From positions 11,387-75,386 of the forward strand of contig JAGGVH010000038.1 in the NCBI GenBank assembly GCA_021158105.1: a stretch of 64,000 nt of DNA, read 5' to 3'. The notes beneath the pieces are model-generated. The model had not been told where the DNA came from and searched no databases. It worked only from the letters and a program-made list of their open reading frames with translations. Both the position numbers and the translations under genes were made by a program. The stretch is from Candidatus Micrarchaeota archaeon. Its GTDB lineage: Archaea; Micrarchaeota; Micrarchaeia; Anstonellales; JAGGVH01. Positions 37,931-49,343 of this stretch are shown piece by piece (positions within the stretch are counted from its first letter, which is position 1; each line of letters opens with the position of its first letter).

Positions 37931-40900
37931 TCATTCTAATTTCTCACCACACCAGCAATGTGTCACACGCTCGCCTGAGTGGACAGGGATTAGGTGGCCA
38001 TGCTTACACACCCTATACCCAACAATAATCTGGCCAAACGTCTTGACCTCGTCTGGGACATCAATCCCTGCCCTATCCAGAGGTGAGAACAAATATTCCT
38101 GAACCTTTGACGCTGCATCCTTAAACTTTCTTTTGTCATGCTTAATTTCTTGAGATGTTCTGAGAAATGTACTGCCAAAATACCCTATCCCCATACCTAT
38201 CGGGCCCAATGTCAATGCACCAACAGTGGCAAACGGGTATTCCCCGGCCATGTACAACGGATTGATCATATACCATATTGATGAAAACTTTTTTTGATCC
38301 ATAACATATCTTAAATATTCATCCTTTGCCATCAACAATGATGGCCATAATGCACTACCCAGTTCGCCTGCAAAATGTCCTTGGTCGTCAAACTTTGAAT
38401 ATATATCCCTGTAAACATCATTTCTCAGGTCAGGATTTTCCAATGTATAATCAGGATGGATTGCAACCAATATTCTTGCTGCCTGTGGAGTATAATGTCT
38501 CCTGCCGTCCCACCCAGTATACGTAATCCTGTCCTTATTAATATTTTCAAGGTTTATGAACATGTCCCATTGTTCTGGTAAAAACTTGCGGACCCCAGTA
38601 TAATAATCCCTTCCTGCAACGCCCTGCATGTCAAAGTAATACGCATGAGTGTGATGATAAACTTTTGACGCCCATTCTGCACCAGTATATTCATGGATTA
38701 GACGGGCAAGTGTGCCTATTATTGTGTTTCCTACTTCTGCTGTCCCAACAAACGCTTCCCATTTCTTAGGGCCCGGCAGGGCAGGGTCATACATGTTTGC
38801 ATTCTTTGACGACCATGACGCGCGCTTAGCCATTGCAGTAAACTCCTGTTTAATCATTCCCAATTCATAATGCAACGGATAAAGAAGTTTCTGGAGAGGA
38901 GCATATATGTTAGAATTGGATGATAACAATTCGCTGGGCGTGGGGGCAGCATGCACACCGAACGGCAACAAACTCCATCTCTGCTCATTGTTAGGGTCAA
39001 GCTTGAGTGTCAACGGACCCATAAATCCTCCACCCCATTCCCACAATGTCAAGTTGGCATTTTTCAGTATCATGTCATCAAACTGTTTTCTTGTTTTTTC
39101 CAATGCCTTATAAACATCCTTATACTCGCCACCAGCATACTTCCTCAGCTTTCTCAAATCCTCTTCAATCCTCTGATAATTCTCATACCACAAGTCTGCG
39201 CGCGCATCAAACTCTGCATTGAGCCTTAGACGGGTGTTGAGATAACCTGCAGTCTCACTTTCCAGTTTATTCATCAACTTGTCAAGCTGCTTGTTAGCAT
39301 GGTTTACAGTATTATAATATTCCTCTTCAACAGCCCTTTTCAGTGATCCATAATCTTCATAAGATAACTGTTCATTACGATACTGTTGCAACAAATCGTC
39401 TAATTCTTTGTTCTTTTCAGTATTTACCTGTTCAATAAACTTCCGTGTATTATAAATCTGTTTTCGTATTGATTCAATCCGTGGGGGCTCCTTGCCAACC
39501 CCTGACAACATTAAATCATAATTATACATCTGGAACAGGCGAGCCGATTCTTTTGCCTGTTGGGCAGCCTGCATAACTGCAAAATCTGCAATGTCATGCG
39601 AATTTGTAAGCTCCATCTTTAACCCAGTAAACAGAACCATTAACGACCTGTCCATCTTGTCATAACCTGCTCCTATGCTGCCCAATGTCTTGGCATTAAA
39701 CCTTCTGAGGGCAGCCCCAAGTTTGGTTTGAAATATCTTGCCAGCAAGTTTTGTTGATAACCCAAAACTCATAGCATCAGCAAAAGTAATCGCAGGATTT
39801 AGCAATAACGGGACAAGAGCATTATTAAACATCTTATCCCCTTCATACATCTTCAAATACTCCTTATCAAGTTCATCCAGTGGTTTAATGTCAAAATAAC
39901 CCCAACTGTCCATCTTGCCAACAAATTCCATTCTTGGGTGGTCAGACATTATCTTTCCAAAAATACTAATCCCTTCCTCGTCTAAATATGGGTGGCCTGT
40001 TGCAATGTTTGCCTCGCGGACAAGCGGAAGATAAACATCCCTGTTTATGTCAACATATGTATTTTCATCAACCTTTCCTTTAATATCTGAAAATGTAACC
40101 TTTTTAGTATAACTTTCCGAATCATACCGATTATCTTTATAAATCCTGATAATACGTTCTGTGAACCTTTGTTCTTTATCATTATATTGATAAACATGAA
40201 CCTCTTTGAATTCAGCATTGTTCTTATCCTTGTCCTTTCCATCAACAAACTTATAAAATATTGAACGTTTATAATCCAAATCTTTAAACTCTAAAAGGTT
40301 AGGGTCATACCTTTTACCGTTGAACACTATACGTTTGCCGTTATACCCATATTCTCCTTCCCACCCCTTGCCATCAGCAAGTTGGACATTAACGCCGTTA
40401 TCCTTTAATGTCTTATACATTCTTTCCATCATTTCAACATATCTCCTGTTTACTTGCCCATTACGGTCAATACTACTTATACCAAACAATTCATTAGGCA
40501 TATAATGAGTCTTGCCGCGCGCGTTGTATACCAGAACACCGTTCTCAATCGTATCAGATTTGCCAACCGGTGCACCTTTAAAATAAGGCATAAAATGACG
40601 GCTTTCAGTAAACACCCAAACGCCCCTTTGTAAATCTTCATATGTGGGCCCGCCCTGAGAGATATACTCTTCCCAATTTTTGCCATACAACTCTTCATAT
40701 TTGTTTGCCAACTTATTATAAATTTCCCTGTCCTTTTCTACCTTGTCAACCATAAACCATGATGAATGGTCGCGGATTACTGCTTTCAATCTTAAACCTA
40801 ACATGTCATTGATTTCATCATTATACCTGTTGTTTGCTTTTAACAAATAATACATAGTTTTCATTTCAGATAATTTCTCTGGAGGGGTGGATTTAACAAT

Positions 40901-43690
40901 CTTTCCATACATTCTTTCAACAACATCATACAACTTTGAAACTATAATCATCTGGTCAGTATCTGCAAGCGTTGAATACCCATGTGTAGCATCTCTAATT
41001 TTTTTAGAAGTAGTCCATTTTAACAATTCATCATAAGATTTAAACTTCTGTAGTGCATCGATTAATTTGATAGGAATCTTATGACCGTTGTCATCATATA
41101 TGGCAACCTTTTTGTTAAGATATTTTTTCAATTTTTCCTTTTCATTACTACCATCATCCAACGAATCATAATATTCAAGGAATGTTTGTATTGCAGCCTC
41201 GCGTGAAAACGCAAAACGTCTAAAAATATCTTCAGGCTTTAATTTGCCTTTGCCCAAACCTTTAGCATATCCTAAACTCAACAATGTCTTGTTCATTACA
41301 TAATCTTCAATCCCAAGAGTCTTGTCCTCTGGTGGGAGAGTTTCTTCATGCTCAACAAGCTTTTTTTCGTTTGCAATCAATGCATCAAACGATGACAACA
41401 ACCTATCCAATTGATTGATAATCCTCTTATCAGTTGTAAGCGTCTTTGCACGTGCAACACGATCCCTGAGAACCTTGTCCAACCTGCTCAGTGTTCTATA
41501 ATTATAATCTTTTTGAAGGTCTTCAAACGTTAACCCTAAACTTTTTAATATTTGAGCAATCTCGCCTTCTTCTGCCCCCAATAACGCGTCAAGAGAATCC
41601 ACTTCTGAAAGGAACGTTGAAAACGCCTTATTATAATTGTCTATATCTTTTTGCAATACTGACCTAACCTTGCCAGTGCCAAACTTTAGCTCCTTTGCAC
41701 GACCTCGCAAAAACTCTTTTATCTTAATCTCAACATCTGCCAATGCATCATCAAAAGTTATATCTTCACCGTTTGCAACCTTTTCTGCATAAATAAAAAA
41801 TGCCCAGGCATACTTCATCTTTTCAATGCTTACTCTTTTTTTACGCGTTGTATCAGAAGCATTTTTAGTGTTCATAGTCCATTGGGGAGTAGAATCATAA
41901 TCTGTCATAAAAGGAAAGACAATTACTGGGTTTTTCCATCCCTCAACACTACCACCCAAGGTTTCAATAAATGTATCTCTGAGTGTGGTTTGAAAAGATG
42001 AAAGAAAGACTGTCAACTTGTCAAATTTATCTTTACACGAATCAGAAGAATTGATTATATTCAAGAAATCATTGTATACTGTCAAACTCCATTGTGTTTC
42101 TGATATGTCAACAATATCCATAATCTGTTTATAGAATTCTTCTAACTCCAACCTCCCGGCTATCATTTGCTGGTATAACTTATTAATCTTATCTCTTTCT
42201 TTCTTAGTTTTAATGTTTGAAAGTGCAGTGACATAAATGTATGTGCTTACCATTTTATGAATACCCCTCCTATAATCCTCAAAATTAACCTTTGCCCTGT
42301 CAACAGGATTATAGAACGCTGCAATACGCTGTTTAGGTGTTTTCTTTTTCCATAGTATTTTCTTTAAAGGTGTTGCTGCATAGTATAATCCCTTGGCAAC
42401 CAAACTATGCTTTTTGTATGCCTCTGCCCATTCTGAAACATGTTTAACCTGCTTCTTAAACCGATTCTTAGGCTTGGTCCATAACCGCACCACGCCACCG
42501 ACAAGTGGCACCTTGCCCAATGCACCAGGGCGATACCATTCAAATTCAGCATTCACACTTTCCCTATACTTTTTGACTGTCATCAACTGCGACATATAAT
42601 TTACTCCACTTTCTGTAACATTATACATCTCCATGTCAATACCATAACGAAGCAAGATCCGTTTTAACATTTCTTGGTACTCTTTCTTATTTTTCACGTT
42701 TAGGTTATGGGATTGAATGTCGCCAACCATGTTCATAGCTTCTGCTGCATACCTCTTTTCCTCATCAGTCAAAGTAAAATCTTCTTTCATCCTTGTTGCA
42801 CGACGCAACATTTCCCTAACCTTATTATGTCTTCCCTTAAGAAGCATCATGATAGCAGCAAGCTGGGCCTGTGGAGACAAATACGATATCCCCCTCATTC
42901 CTTTTGTCCCATTGAACCACATCTTAAGGTGTATGCCTCCAAAAGTAGTACTGCCAAACGTCTTCAATAAAATCTTCTTGGCCTTGCCTGCAATAACCAA
43001 CGAATTAAGATATATGCGGTTTAGACGTTTTAATCTTCCTGACTGGGATTTCCCAACAGCCCCAACCCTTTTCCGAACTGCTCTAAACCGTTTAAATTTG
43101 GGTGTTACGATATCAAGCATGGACAACGGGTTGGCACCAAAATAAAACATTGAAGCTGCAAGCACACCAACCAACAATGAAAACAATAAACATACTGTCT
43201 GGTTTTTAGAAAACAATAATGTCAACAGATTATTAACATTCTCAACATCTGTGCCTCCGGGAGCGGGAATATACACATAATTCTGTGATGTTACACTACA
43301 CTTGTCTGCCTCTGCTGACAACCTATACCATTTGCCCGGATTAAAGTGTGACCCGCTTATGATTACCTCAAGAGTCCCATTGTTGTCTGTCCTCCCAGAA
43401 CCGACCAATGTTTTAGTGGTGTCGTTCAATATGAATATGTTAACATCACAATCAGGAACAACGTTTGATACGCCAATCGTTGCAGGATTAGTATATGAAA
43501 CTGTCTCACACCCTGGGTTTAACTCACCGGCTTCAGTCATGGGCTGTTCTGTGATATTATAAACAGAAATGATTACACTTACACTGCCATTATCCAGAAC
43601 ATGAGTGGTCATGTCCATAAAATAAGAAAATGATATGGGCGATAATAAAAACAACAATGCCAACAATATTGTAGTATGTTTAACCATCAC
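37931..43690 (-). CDS. Giant membrane-anchored protein (1919 aa) with C-terminal Zn-ribbon-like motif
   Basis: Signal peptide, small beta domain, TM CLLFSLLVGVLAASMFYFGANPL, a long helical region, and terminal CKHGH...CWCG. Confidence 0.7.
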   Translation of the reverse strand: MMVKHTTILLALLFLLSPISFSYFMDMTTHVLDNGSVSVIISVYNITEQPMTEAGELNPGCETVSYTNPATIGVSNVVPDCDVNIFILNDTTKTLVGSGRTDNNGTLEVIISGSHFNPGKWYRLSAEADKCSVTSQNYVYIPAPGGTDVENVNNLLTLLFSKNQTVCLLFSLLVGVLAASMFYFGANPLSMLDIVTPKFKRFRAVRKRVGAVGKSQSGRLKRLNRIYLNSLVIAGKAKKILLKTFGSTTFGGIHLKMWFNGTKGMRGISYLSPQAQLAAIMMLLKGRHNKVREMLRRATRMKEDFTLTDEEKRYAAEAMNMVGDIQSHNLNVKNKKEYQEMLKRILLRYGIDMEMYNVTESGVNYMSQLMTVKKYRESVNAEFEWYRPGALGKVPLVGGVVRLWTKPKNRFKKQVKHVSEWAEAYKKHSLVAKGLYYAATPLKKILWKKKTPKQRIAAFYNPVDRAKVNFEDYRRGIHKMVSTYIYVTALSNIKTKKERDKINKLYQQMIAGRLELEEFYKQIMDIVDISETQWSLTVYNDFLNIINSSDSCKDKFDKLTVFLSSFQTTLRDTFIETLGGSVEGWKNPVIVFPFMTDYDSTPQWTMNTKNASDTTRKKRVSIEKMKYAWAFFIYAEKVANGEDITFDDALADVEIKIKEFLRGRAKELKFGTGKVRSVLQKDIDNYNKAFSTFLSEVDSLDALLGAEEGEIAQILKSLGLTFEDLQKDYNYRTLSRLDKVLRDRVARAKTLTTDKRIINQLDRLLSSFDALIANEKKLVEHEETLPPEDKTLGIEDYVMNKTLLSLGYAKGLGKGKLKPEDIFRRFAFSREAAIQTFLEYYDSLDDGSNEKEKLKKYLNKKVAIYDDNGHKIPIKLIDALQKFKSYDELLKWTTSKKIRDATHGYSTLADTDQMIIVSKLYDVVERMYGKIVKSTPPEKLSEMKTMYYLLKANNRYNDEINDMLGLRLKAVIRDHSSWFMVDKVEKDREIYNKLANKYEELYGKNWEEYISQGGPTYEDLQRGVWVFTESRHFMPYFKGAPVGKSDTIENGVLVYNARGKTHYMPNELFGISSIDRNGQVNRRYVEMMERMYKTLKDNGVNVQLADGKGWEGEYGYNGKRIVFNGKRYDPNLLEFKDLDYKRSIFYKFVDGKDKDKNNAEFKEVHVYQYNDKEQRFTERIIRIYKDNRYDSESYTKKVTFSDIKGKVDENTYVDINRDVYLPLVREANIATGHPYLDEEGISIFGKIMSDHPRMEFVGKMDSWGYFDIKPLDELDKEYLKMYEGDKMFNNALVPLLLNPAITFADAMSFGLSTKLAGKIFQTKLGAALRRFNAKTLGSIGAGYDKMDRSLMVLFTGLKMELTNSHDIADFAVMQAAQQAKESARLFQMYNYDLMLSGVGKEPPRIESIRKQIYNTRKFIEQVNTEKNKELDDLLQQYRNEQLSYEDYGSLKRAVEEEYYNTVNHANKQLDKLMNKLESETAGYLNTRLRLNAEFDARADLWYENYQRIEEDLRKLRKYAGGEYKDVYKALEKTRKQFDDMILKNANLTLWEWGGGFMGPLTLKLDPNNEQRWSLLPFGVHAAPTPSELLSSNSNIYAPLQKLLYPLHYELGMIKQEFTAMAKRASWSSKNANMYDPALPGPKKWEAFVGTAEVGNTIIGTLARLIHEYTGAEWASKVYHHTHAYYFDMQGVAGRDYYTGVRKFLPEQWDMFINLENINKDRITYTGWDGRRHYTPQAARILVAIHPDYTLENPDLRNDVYRDIYSKFDDQGHFAGELGSALWPSLLMAKDEYLRYVMDQKKFSSIWYMINPLYMAGEYPFATVGALTLGPIGMGIGYFGSTFLRTSQEIKHDKRKFKDAASKVQEYLFSPLDRAGIDVPDEVKTFGQIIVGYRVCKHGHLIPVHSGERVTHCWCGEKLE

Positions 43691-43895
43691 TTCACCTATC
43701 TTTTCAAATGCTTTTCAAACAATGATTTATTTGAAGTACCAAGTTTACAGAACCAAATCATAAAAATATAAGTTGGGAACACAAATATTTAAACCTTTCT
43801 AAAAATTAAAAATGGAAATTAAATTTATACGAACTCTTTTTGCAATCCATCATACAACCAAAACTTTTTAAACATCAAAATAGAATATATTAAAC

Positions 43896-45065
43896 ATGGA
43901 AAGATTATGGGATGAAAAAGAAATACTTAATGTTATACTCATCGAAATGAACGAAAAACAATTAAAAGAATTTGTTAATGATGAAAATAAGTTATTGGAT
44001 TTGTTATTAAAAAAGATATCAAATAAGAATCGGGTCAAGTTTGATGAGAAATACAAAAAAGAAATTAACGAATATGTTTCAAAATTGATTAAAACATTGG
44101 CAGACCTTGATGACATAGTAACAAAAACTAAAGAAATCATAAAGACATACAGTGAAACATGTTCAGACAATGCGTCAACTCCCAACCTTAAAAAACTTAA
44201 TAAGAAAACCGAAGAAATAAACAAACAAATCAAAAAGATTGACCATAAACTGAAAAAGTTAGGGCTACATACTACTGAGAAAATGATGGCACTGTCAAAA
44301 CAAATCACAGAGTTTGCTGCTGATGCAATGCTGCCAGATGATGATGTTATTAAAACAATCATTGAAATCGTTCCAACATTAGAAACATTAGACAACGACC
44401 TTAAAATATTAAACGATGCAAGATATCAAGAATATAGAGGGCCAAACGATTTGCTCAACAAATGGTATGTTAAACGGATTTCGCGATGGCCGTTATTAAA
44501 CATAAAAGGAAGGAAAAAGGTTAAACAATACCTAAAAACGCCTGACATCATAATAAAATATGGTGAAATGGTGGACAACATGCCAAATGTCCCATTAATC
44601 GACTGGCAGGGGTACAATTCATTAATAATAAAAAAATCCCAAGTATTATTTAACAAAATTATAAAAACCAAAGATAAAGATGAAAAAACAGAAAACCCAT
44701 TAAACAGACTAAAAACCAATCCGTTAAAATTATCATTTGCGTTGGGTTATATTACAAACGAATTAGAATCAAAAAGAAGCAAAAAGATTGTAAGGAGAAT
44801 ACTAATAATCGGGGCAGTGGTGTTGGGTGCAGTATTAAATTACAGCATACCATCACCAAAACAGGCCCCACAATCATACCAGCCAAAGGATAAACAAGTC
44901 ACAGAAGTCATTGATAATATTAAACAGAAAAAACAAATGTTTACACAGCACAATGCTTCTAAACACGTCCAACCAACCACTAAATCATTACAAGATTCGT
45001 CATCAAACACAAAAGATAGTAAAACAAAGAACAAATTGTACAAGATAAGAAAATCTAAATTCTAA
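43896..45065 (+). CDS. Hypothetical coiled-coil protein with late TM segment
   Basis: K/E-rich helical ORF with TM ILIIGAVVLGAVLNY. Lies antisense to the surrounding operon. Confidence 0.65.
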   Translation: MERLWDEKEILNVILIEMNEKQLKEFVNDENKLLDLLLKKISNKNRVKFDEKYKKEINEYVSKLIKTLADLDDIVTKTKEIIKTYSETCSDNASTPNLKKLNKKTEEINKQIKKIDHKLKKLGLHTTEKMMALSKQITEFAADAMLPDDDVIKTIIEIVPTLETLDNDLKILNDARYQEYRGPNDLLNKWYVKRISRWPLLNIKGRKKVKQYLKTPDIIIKYGEMVDNMPNVPLIDWQGYNSLIIKKSQVLFNKIIKTKDKDEKTENPLNRLKTNPLKLSFALGYITNELESKRSKKIVRRILIIGAVVLGAVLNYSIPSPKQAPQSYQPKDKQVTEVIDNIKQKKQMFTQHNASKHVQPTTKSLQDSSSNTKDSKTKNKLYKIRKSKF

Positions 45066-45069
45066 AAAA

Positions 45070-45603
45070 TTAATCCATGTTAGTCAAATTCCTGCAATAC
45101 TCCTGCTGTGTCATCCTATCTGCTGAATCCCCAAAAATCATCTTCATAACTTCCTGGTCCGTGTCTGCATAATAATTCTCAACATAATCGCAATAATTAG
45201 AATCATTGGTTTCAGTTGCCAAAAATATAAAGCACTCATTTTTAGATTCTTTATTCTTGATATTACTGCACAGGTTTACAACCTCGGCATAATTATTGCT
45301 GCTTACAGACTGTAACGCCAAATATCTATATATTGCCGATGAAAATAAACATTCATCCCTCCCAAAAGAAGTGCTGATTTTATCACAAACATCAATAACT
45401 TCAATATAAGTGTGGGAAGTGCTCCGCGCCATTGTGTATGCCACAGTCAGGTAACATTCATCTTTGTTTAAATCATTATCTAAATGCCCGCACTGGCTAG
45501 GGTCTGATAATTGATGAAGATGAACACAACCTGTAAACATTAATAATACTAATAGTATAGCAAAACCTATCACACCAATATCACATCTTAATTTTCTTTT
45601 CAT
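45070..45603 (-). CDS. Small Cys-repeat lipoprotein-like protein
   Basis: FTGC lipobox-like motif, with three C-x(8-9)-(D/N)EC(Y/L/F) helical repeats. Confidence 0.65.
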   Translation of the reverse strand: MKRKLRCDIGVIGFAILLVLLMFTGCVHLHQLSDPSQCGHLDNDLNKDECYLTVAYTMARSTSHTYIEVIDVCDKISTSFGRDECLFSSAIYRYLALQSVSSNNYAEVVNLCSNIKNKESKNECFIFLATETNDSNYCDYVENYYADTDQEVMKMIFGDSADRMTQQEYCRNLTNMD

Positions 45604-46761
45604 TTATATCACCTTTGCCAACCCTCTGGCAATCTCAGTAAGGTCAGCACCCAGCAACAATCCTGCTGAACGTATAAACGTATACAGGCCTGTAAGTGCA
45701 ACAACTGGATAAATCAAAGTGCGGTATATCCACACCACAAACATGTTTGTTGTGATATAAGATATAACTGTCTTAAACAATTTAAACAGACTACCATACT
45801 GCCCCATTATTAAAGAAATATCATCCTTGTCTATCCTGCAATCCTCTGTAATCTCAGTCATCAACCTCACAACCTGCTGATACGACCCAGACTTTTCAAT
45901 ATTTTTATAAAATGCATTCAAAAGGTTTGAAGGATAGATGCCTTCCATTATCACAAAAACATAAACATAAATCGTATGGATAACAAACCCTAATCCCAAC
46001 CCAAACGCCACCAACATCGCACCTGCACCCCTGGTGTTTGGAAACATACGCAACACTATACCCAAGGGTAGTAAGAACGATGCAATGCATGGACCGTATA
46101 ACATCAATTCCATAAACAAATATTGTGTAAATATGATTGTATCAATCTTATCCATAATAAACTCTGTAAATGTCAAAAGCGGAAGACCTATTCTTCCTGA
46201 GAAAAATCCTTTGGGCTTACCGCTATTTTTCACTATGGACGTTTCAGATGCAACTTTTATAGGATAATATACAGTATTAAAAACCTTGTACATGTTCGCC
46301 ATAGTATGCACAGTATCCTTTACAAGAAGCACAGAATAACTGTTAACTGAACTGATATTGTATAATTTAGAATATTTAGGATTGTTGGCTTCTGCATTAG
46401 GTATCACAGTCCCTTCAACATAACCAAACACAGTCGCTGAATCGGGCCATGTGCCGACTGTCACGCCCAACCCAGAGTCATGGGCATAATCTTCGATATC
46501 AAAATCCAATTCTTTAATCACAGTGCCACTTTCAATCATGTGTGATATTGTCAGCACTCTCCCGCCAACTGCCAAAATTTCTATGAACGAAATAAGTATT
46601 ATAACTATCAACACTGTTGAAAACACATCGGCTAAGAACCCCTTTGCTTTAAACTCCAACTCAGATGACTTGAAAAACTTTGCCAACAGATACAATAACA
46701 CTGAAACAATCAATCCAGTCATCATAGAAATTACTACCAACAACATCCAATCATTGAACAT
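45604..46761 (-). CDS. Polytopic membrane protein B6 (counterpart of A6)
   Basis: LPLGIVLRMFPNTRGAGA and IYPVVALTG. Confidence 0.7.
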   Translation of the reverse strand: MFNDWMLLVVISMMTGLIVSVLLYLLAKFFKSSELEFKAKGFLADVFSTVLIVIILISFIEILAVGGRVLTISHMIESGTVIKELDFDIEDYAHDSGLGVTVGTWPDSATVFGYVEGTVIPNAEANNPKYSKLYNISSVNSYSVLLVKDTVHTMANMYKVFNTVYYPIKVASETSIVKNSGKPKGFFSGRIGLPLLTFTEFIMDKIDTIIFTQYLFMELMLYGPCIASFLLPLGIVLRMFPNTRGAGAMLVAFGLGLGFVIHTIYVYVFVIMEGIYPSNLLNAFYKNIEKSGSYQQVVRLMTEITEDCRIDKDDISLIMGQYGSLFKLFKTVISYITTNMFVVWIYRTLIYPVVALTGLYTFIRSAGLLLGADLTEIARGLAKVI

Positions 46762-46773
46762 TCATACCACCAT

Positions 46774-47895
46774 CTATATCATCCGGGTGAGGTTTGCAAC
46801 ATTTAAACTTTCGCCTAATATTCCAGAGATTGTTGTGCTGATGCTTGAAAGGATTAAGATATTAAGCACCGGCAGTAACACACCCCCAATGAATAATGAG
46901 CCGATTATCCCAATCAAGAATACTATATAGAAAAATACTGACAATAATATTGAAATCAAAACTGCATAGTGCAAACCCTTGTCCAACTTTATAAGCACAT
47001 CTGCTATTTTCATTACTCTGCCAGTACCAATATGGCCTTGGAGCCAATGTGCAATGGTTGGGTTTTTCATGGCAGACATTGCAATCTTATTACCACTTAG
47101 CGCCATCCATGACAATACAACAGAACCCGATGCAAGAGTTGCAGGGCCAAGATAATTCTCAGGCATGATTGTCTTCATTATCAACCCGTCCAACATCAAC
47201 AATAGAGGATAAAATATTGATAATGTCAAAACTGCCCCGATGATTGCACCGCCGATAGTCCTTGTTGGCGCGAACGACCTGAACAGAAAACCTATTGGTA
47301 AGAACACCCCAACCATCGGAGACCATGAGAAGTAAAGGATAAATATCTGTGTCATGGCAGAAAGCAACATTACGACAATACTCATCGCACCCAGCCCTAT
47401 AAACAAGTCAACAAATGACTTGACACCGCCGAACGGTGAGAGTGAATTAGTTTCAATGTTGACGTTAGTTCCTGCCACACCACCGGCGGTTGAGTATGTT
47501 ATTGTTGTGACAACAAACATGTCAGATGACCATGTCAAGAACTTTTTAAGGTATGCCATTCCAAAATCAAACGGTGAAACACAATCTGATGTGCCGCAAT
47601 AATAACTCTCATAGTTGCCATCTGCACCAGGCAATGAATCCATCATAGGACCTAAATCAAACCCACACATCCCGGAATATAACATTAAGATAACAATGAA
47701 CAAACCGGTTGTGAAAAACATCTGCATGATCTCATGAGACACCCGCGATGAAAGTTTAGAATTATTCATTATCTTTGACAAGAAATAAATAAACGCATAT
47801 ATCGCAGTACTTATAATCAATATTATAAATGTGTATAATGCCCATTGACCAAACGGCGCACCGCCAGAACATACAGTTTCCATTGTCGTAAACAT
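46774..47895 (-). CDS. Polytopic membrane protein B5 (counterpart of A5)
   Basis: SHEIMQ, LPIGFLFRSFAPTRTIGG, and terminal GESLNVANLTRMI. Confidence 0.7.
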   Translation of the reverse strand: MFTTMETVCSGGAPFGQWALYTFIILIISTAIYAFIYFLSKIMNNSKLSSRVSHEIMQMFFTTGLFIVILMLYSGMCGFDLGPMMDSLPGADGNYESYYCGTSDCVSPFDFGMAYLKKFLTWSSDMFVVTTITYSTAGGVAGTNVNIETNSLSPFGGVKSFVDLFIGLGAMSIVVMLLSAMTQIFILYFSWSPMVGVFLPIGFLFRSFAPTRTIGGAIIGAVLTLSIFYPLLLMLDGLIMKTIMPENYLGPATLASGSVVLSWMALSGNKIAMSAMKNPTIAHWLQGHIGTGRVMKIADVLIKLDKGLHYAVLISILLSVFFYIVFLIGIIGSLFIGGVLLPVLNILILSSISTTISGILGESLNVANLTRMI

Positions 47896-47909
47896 TCAAT
47901 CACCAAAAA

Positions 47910-49307
47910 TCATATCAAACTTACCAATGACGCAAAAGATATTTCAGACCCTAAGAACCGTGAAATGTCCTTTGCAGCTGTCAATGTCACAGTAATATTA
48001 ACCAAAGGCAGTATTATACTTATAATCAACAGGAATGAGACCATGCGCGACATGAACAGTTCAAGTATATGGGCAAACATACCAATTATAAGGGTTGCAG
48101 ACATGATAGGTAGTATAATCTTTAATATTTTGTTAAGGATGTATGCTGCTCCTGCAACCTCATTCGTTGGGACAGGTGAGCCGCCAGAAAGTATACTCTG
48201 CGCTACCGAACTTGCAAAATTAACCCCTACGATTGCTATTATATCACGTGCGAACGATGCCACAAGATTAAGCAGAAACACAGAAGAATACGGTGGAAGA
48301 ATATTGAGTGCAATACTTTTTTTCGTAAAGAATTGTGAAAGAATTTTTAATATCTTAAACCCAGATGCATTGATTATTGCATTGCCATAGTTGACCATCT
48401 GTTTAAAACTGGCATGGAACCAGTCATTAACTATTAATGCATTCATGTATAACATTGCAGGATAGATAAAATACAATGATAACGATAGTGCTATGATCGC
48501 CCCGCCTGCCTTGCGCGTCACAGAAAAATTGCGCATTATCAACCCAAACGGAAGGAACAATTCAATCAATAATGTTGATATGAACTGTATAAACGATGCC
48601 TTGACAACCCATTCTGCCATACCAAGTGCATATGCCTGTATCAATTTACCAAAATACCCTTCCAAAACCATGTAAAAGTTGTTTATATTCAAATCAAACT
48701 GGACAAACCCAAAAGGGATGGCTGGCAGTTCAAGTGTTGACGCCAAATGAACAACAGACTGCATAATTGCCAATGATACAGTATCTACAAGCATAGAATT
48801 CCGAACTGATAATGTATAATAACACGCTGCCTGTTGCAATGTGCACGGTGAATCCAAACCATGAACAGACTGGATTACTTTGGCAATTTGTGGATTGATA
48901 AGCCCTAATAAAAATACAATAAAAAGTATCAGAAATATGTTTGCAATGATTTGATACAACTCCTTTTTCATCCATGCACTAACTGAAGGGTCATTAAAGA
49001 ACATTCTTCCAAAATAAAATAATACTCCTATCACAACACTCAATACTGCTGCAACTGCGATCGGCAGGAACCATCTGCTGCCGATCCCGGGCTGCTCACC
49101 GGGTCCTATACCCGGCGGGTCACACCCCACATTCCCTGACCAGTCAGTAATATTAGTGAAATTCATTATCATTGAAGATTGGTCTTCAGGTGTGGCACCG
49201 AGAAAGTCTGATATAAAAGAACTATGAACATTCATAATAAACAATAACAAAATGAAAAGCATGCACATTTTCAACATCCTTAATTGTTTCCGTCCCATAC
49301 ATACCAC
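47910..49307 (-). CDS. Polytopic membrane protein B4 (counterpart of A4)
   Basis: AWMKKELYQ, LPFGLIMRNFSVTRKAGG and LPLVN...LGSE. Confidence 0.7.
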   Translation of the reverse strand: MVCMGRKQLRMLKMCMLFILLLFIMNVHSSFISDFLGATPEDQSSMIMNFTNITDWSGNVGCDPPGIGPGEQPGIGSRWFLPIAVAAVLSVVIGVLFYFGRMFFNDPSVSAWMKKELYQIIANIFLILFIVFLLGLINPQIAKVIQSVHGLDSPCTLQQAACYYTLSVRNSMLVDTVSLAIMQSVVHLASTLELPAIPFGFVQFDLNINNFYMVLEGYFGKLIQAYALGMAEWVVKASFIQFISTLLIELFLPFGLIMRNFSVTRKAGGAIIALSLSLYFIYPAMLYMNALIVNDWFHASFKQMVNYGNAIINASGFKILKILSQFFTKKSIALNILPPYSSVFLLNLVASFARDIIAIVGVNFASSVAQSILSGGSPVPTNEVAGAAYILNKILKIILPIMSATLIIGMFAHILELFMSRMVSFLLIISIILPLVNITVTLTAAKDISRFLGSEISFASLVSLI

Positions 49308-49343
49308 ACTACTAATTTATAGCTAACATTTTATATGAAGATA

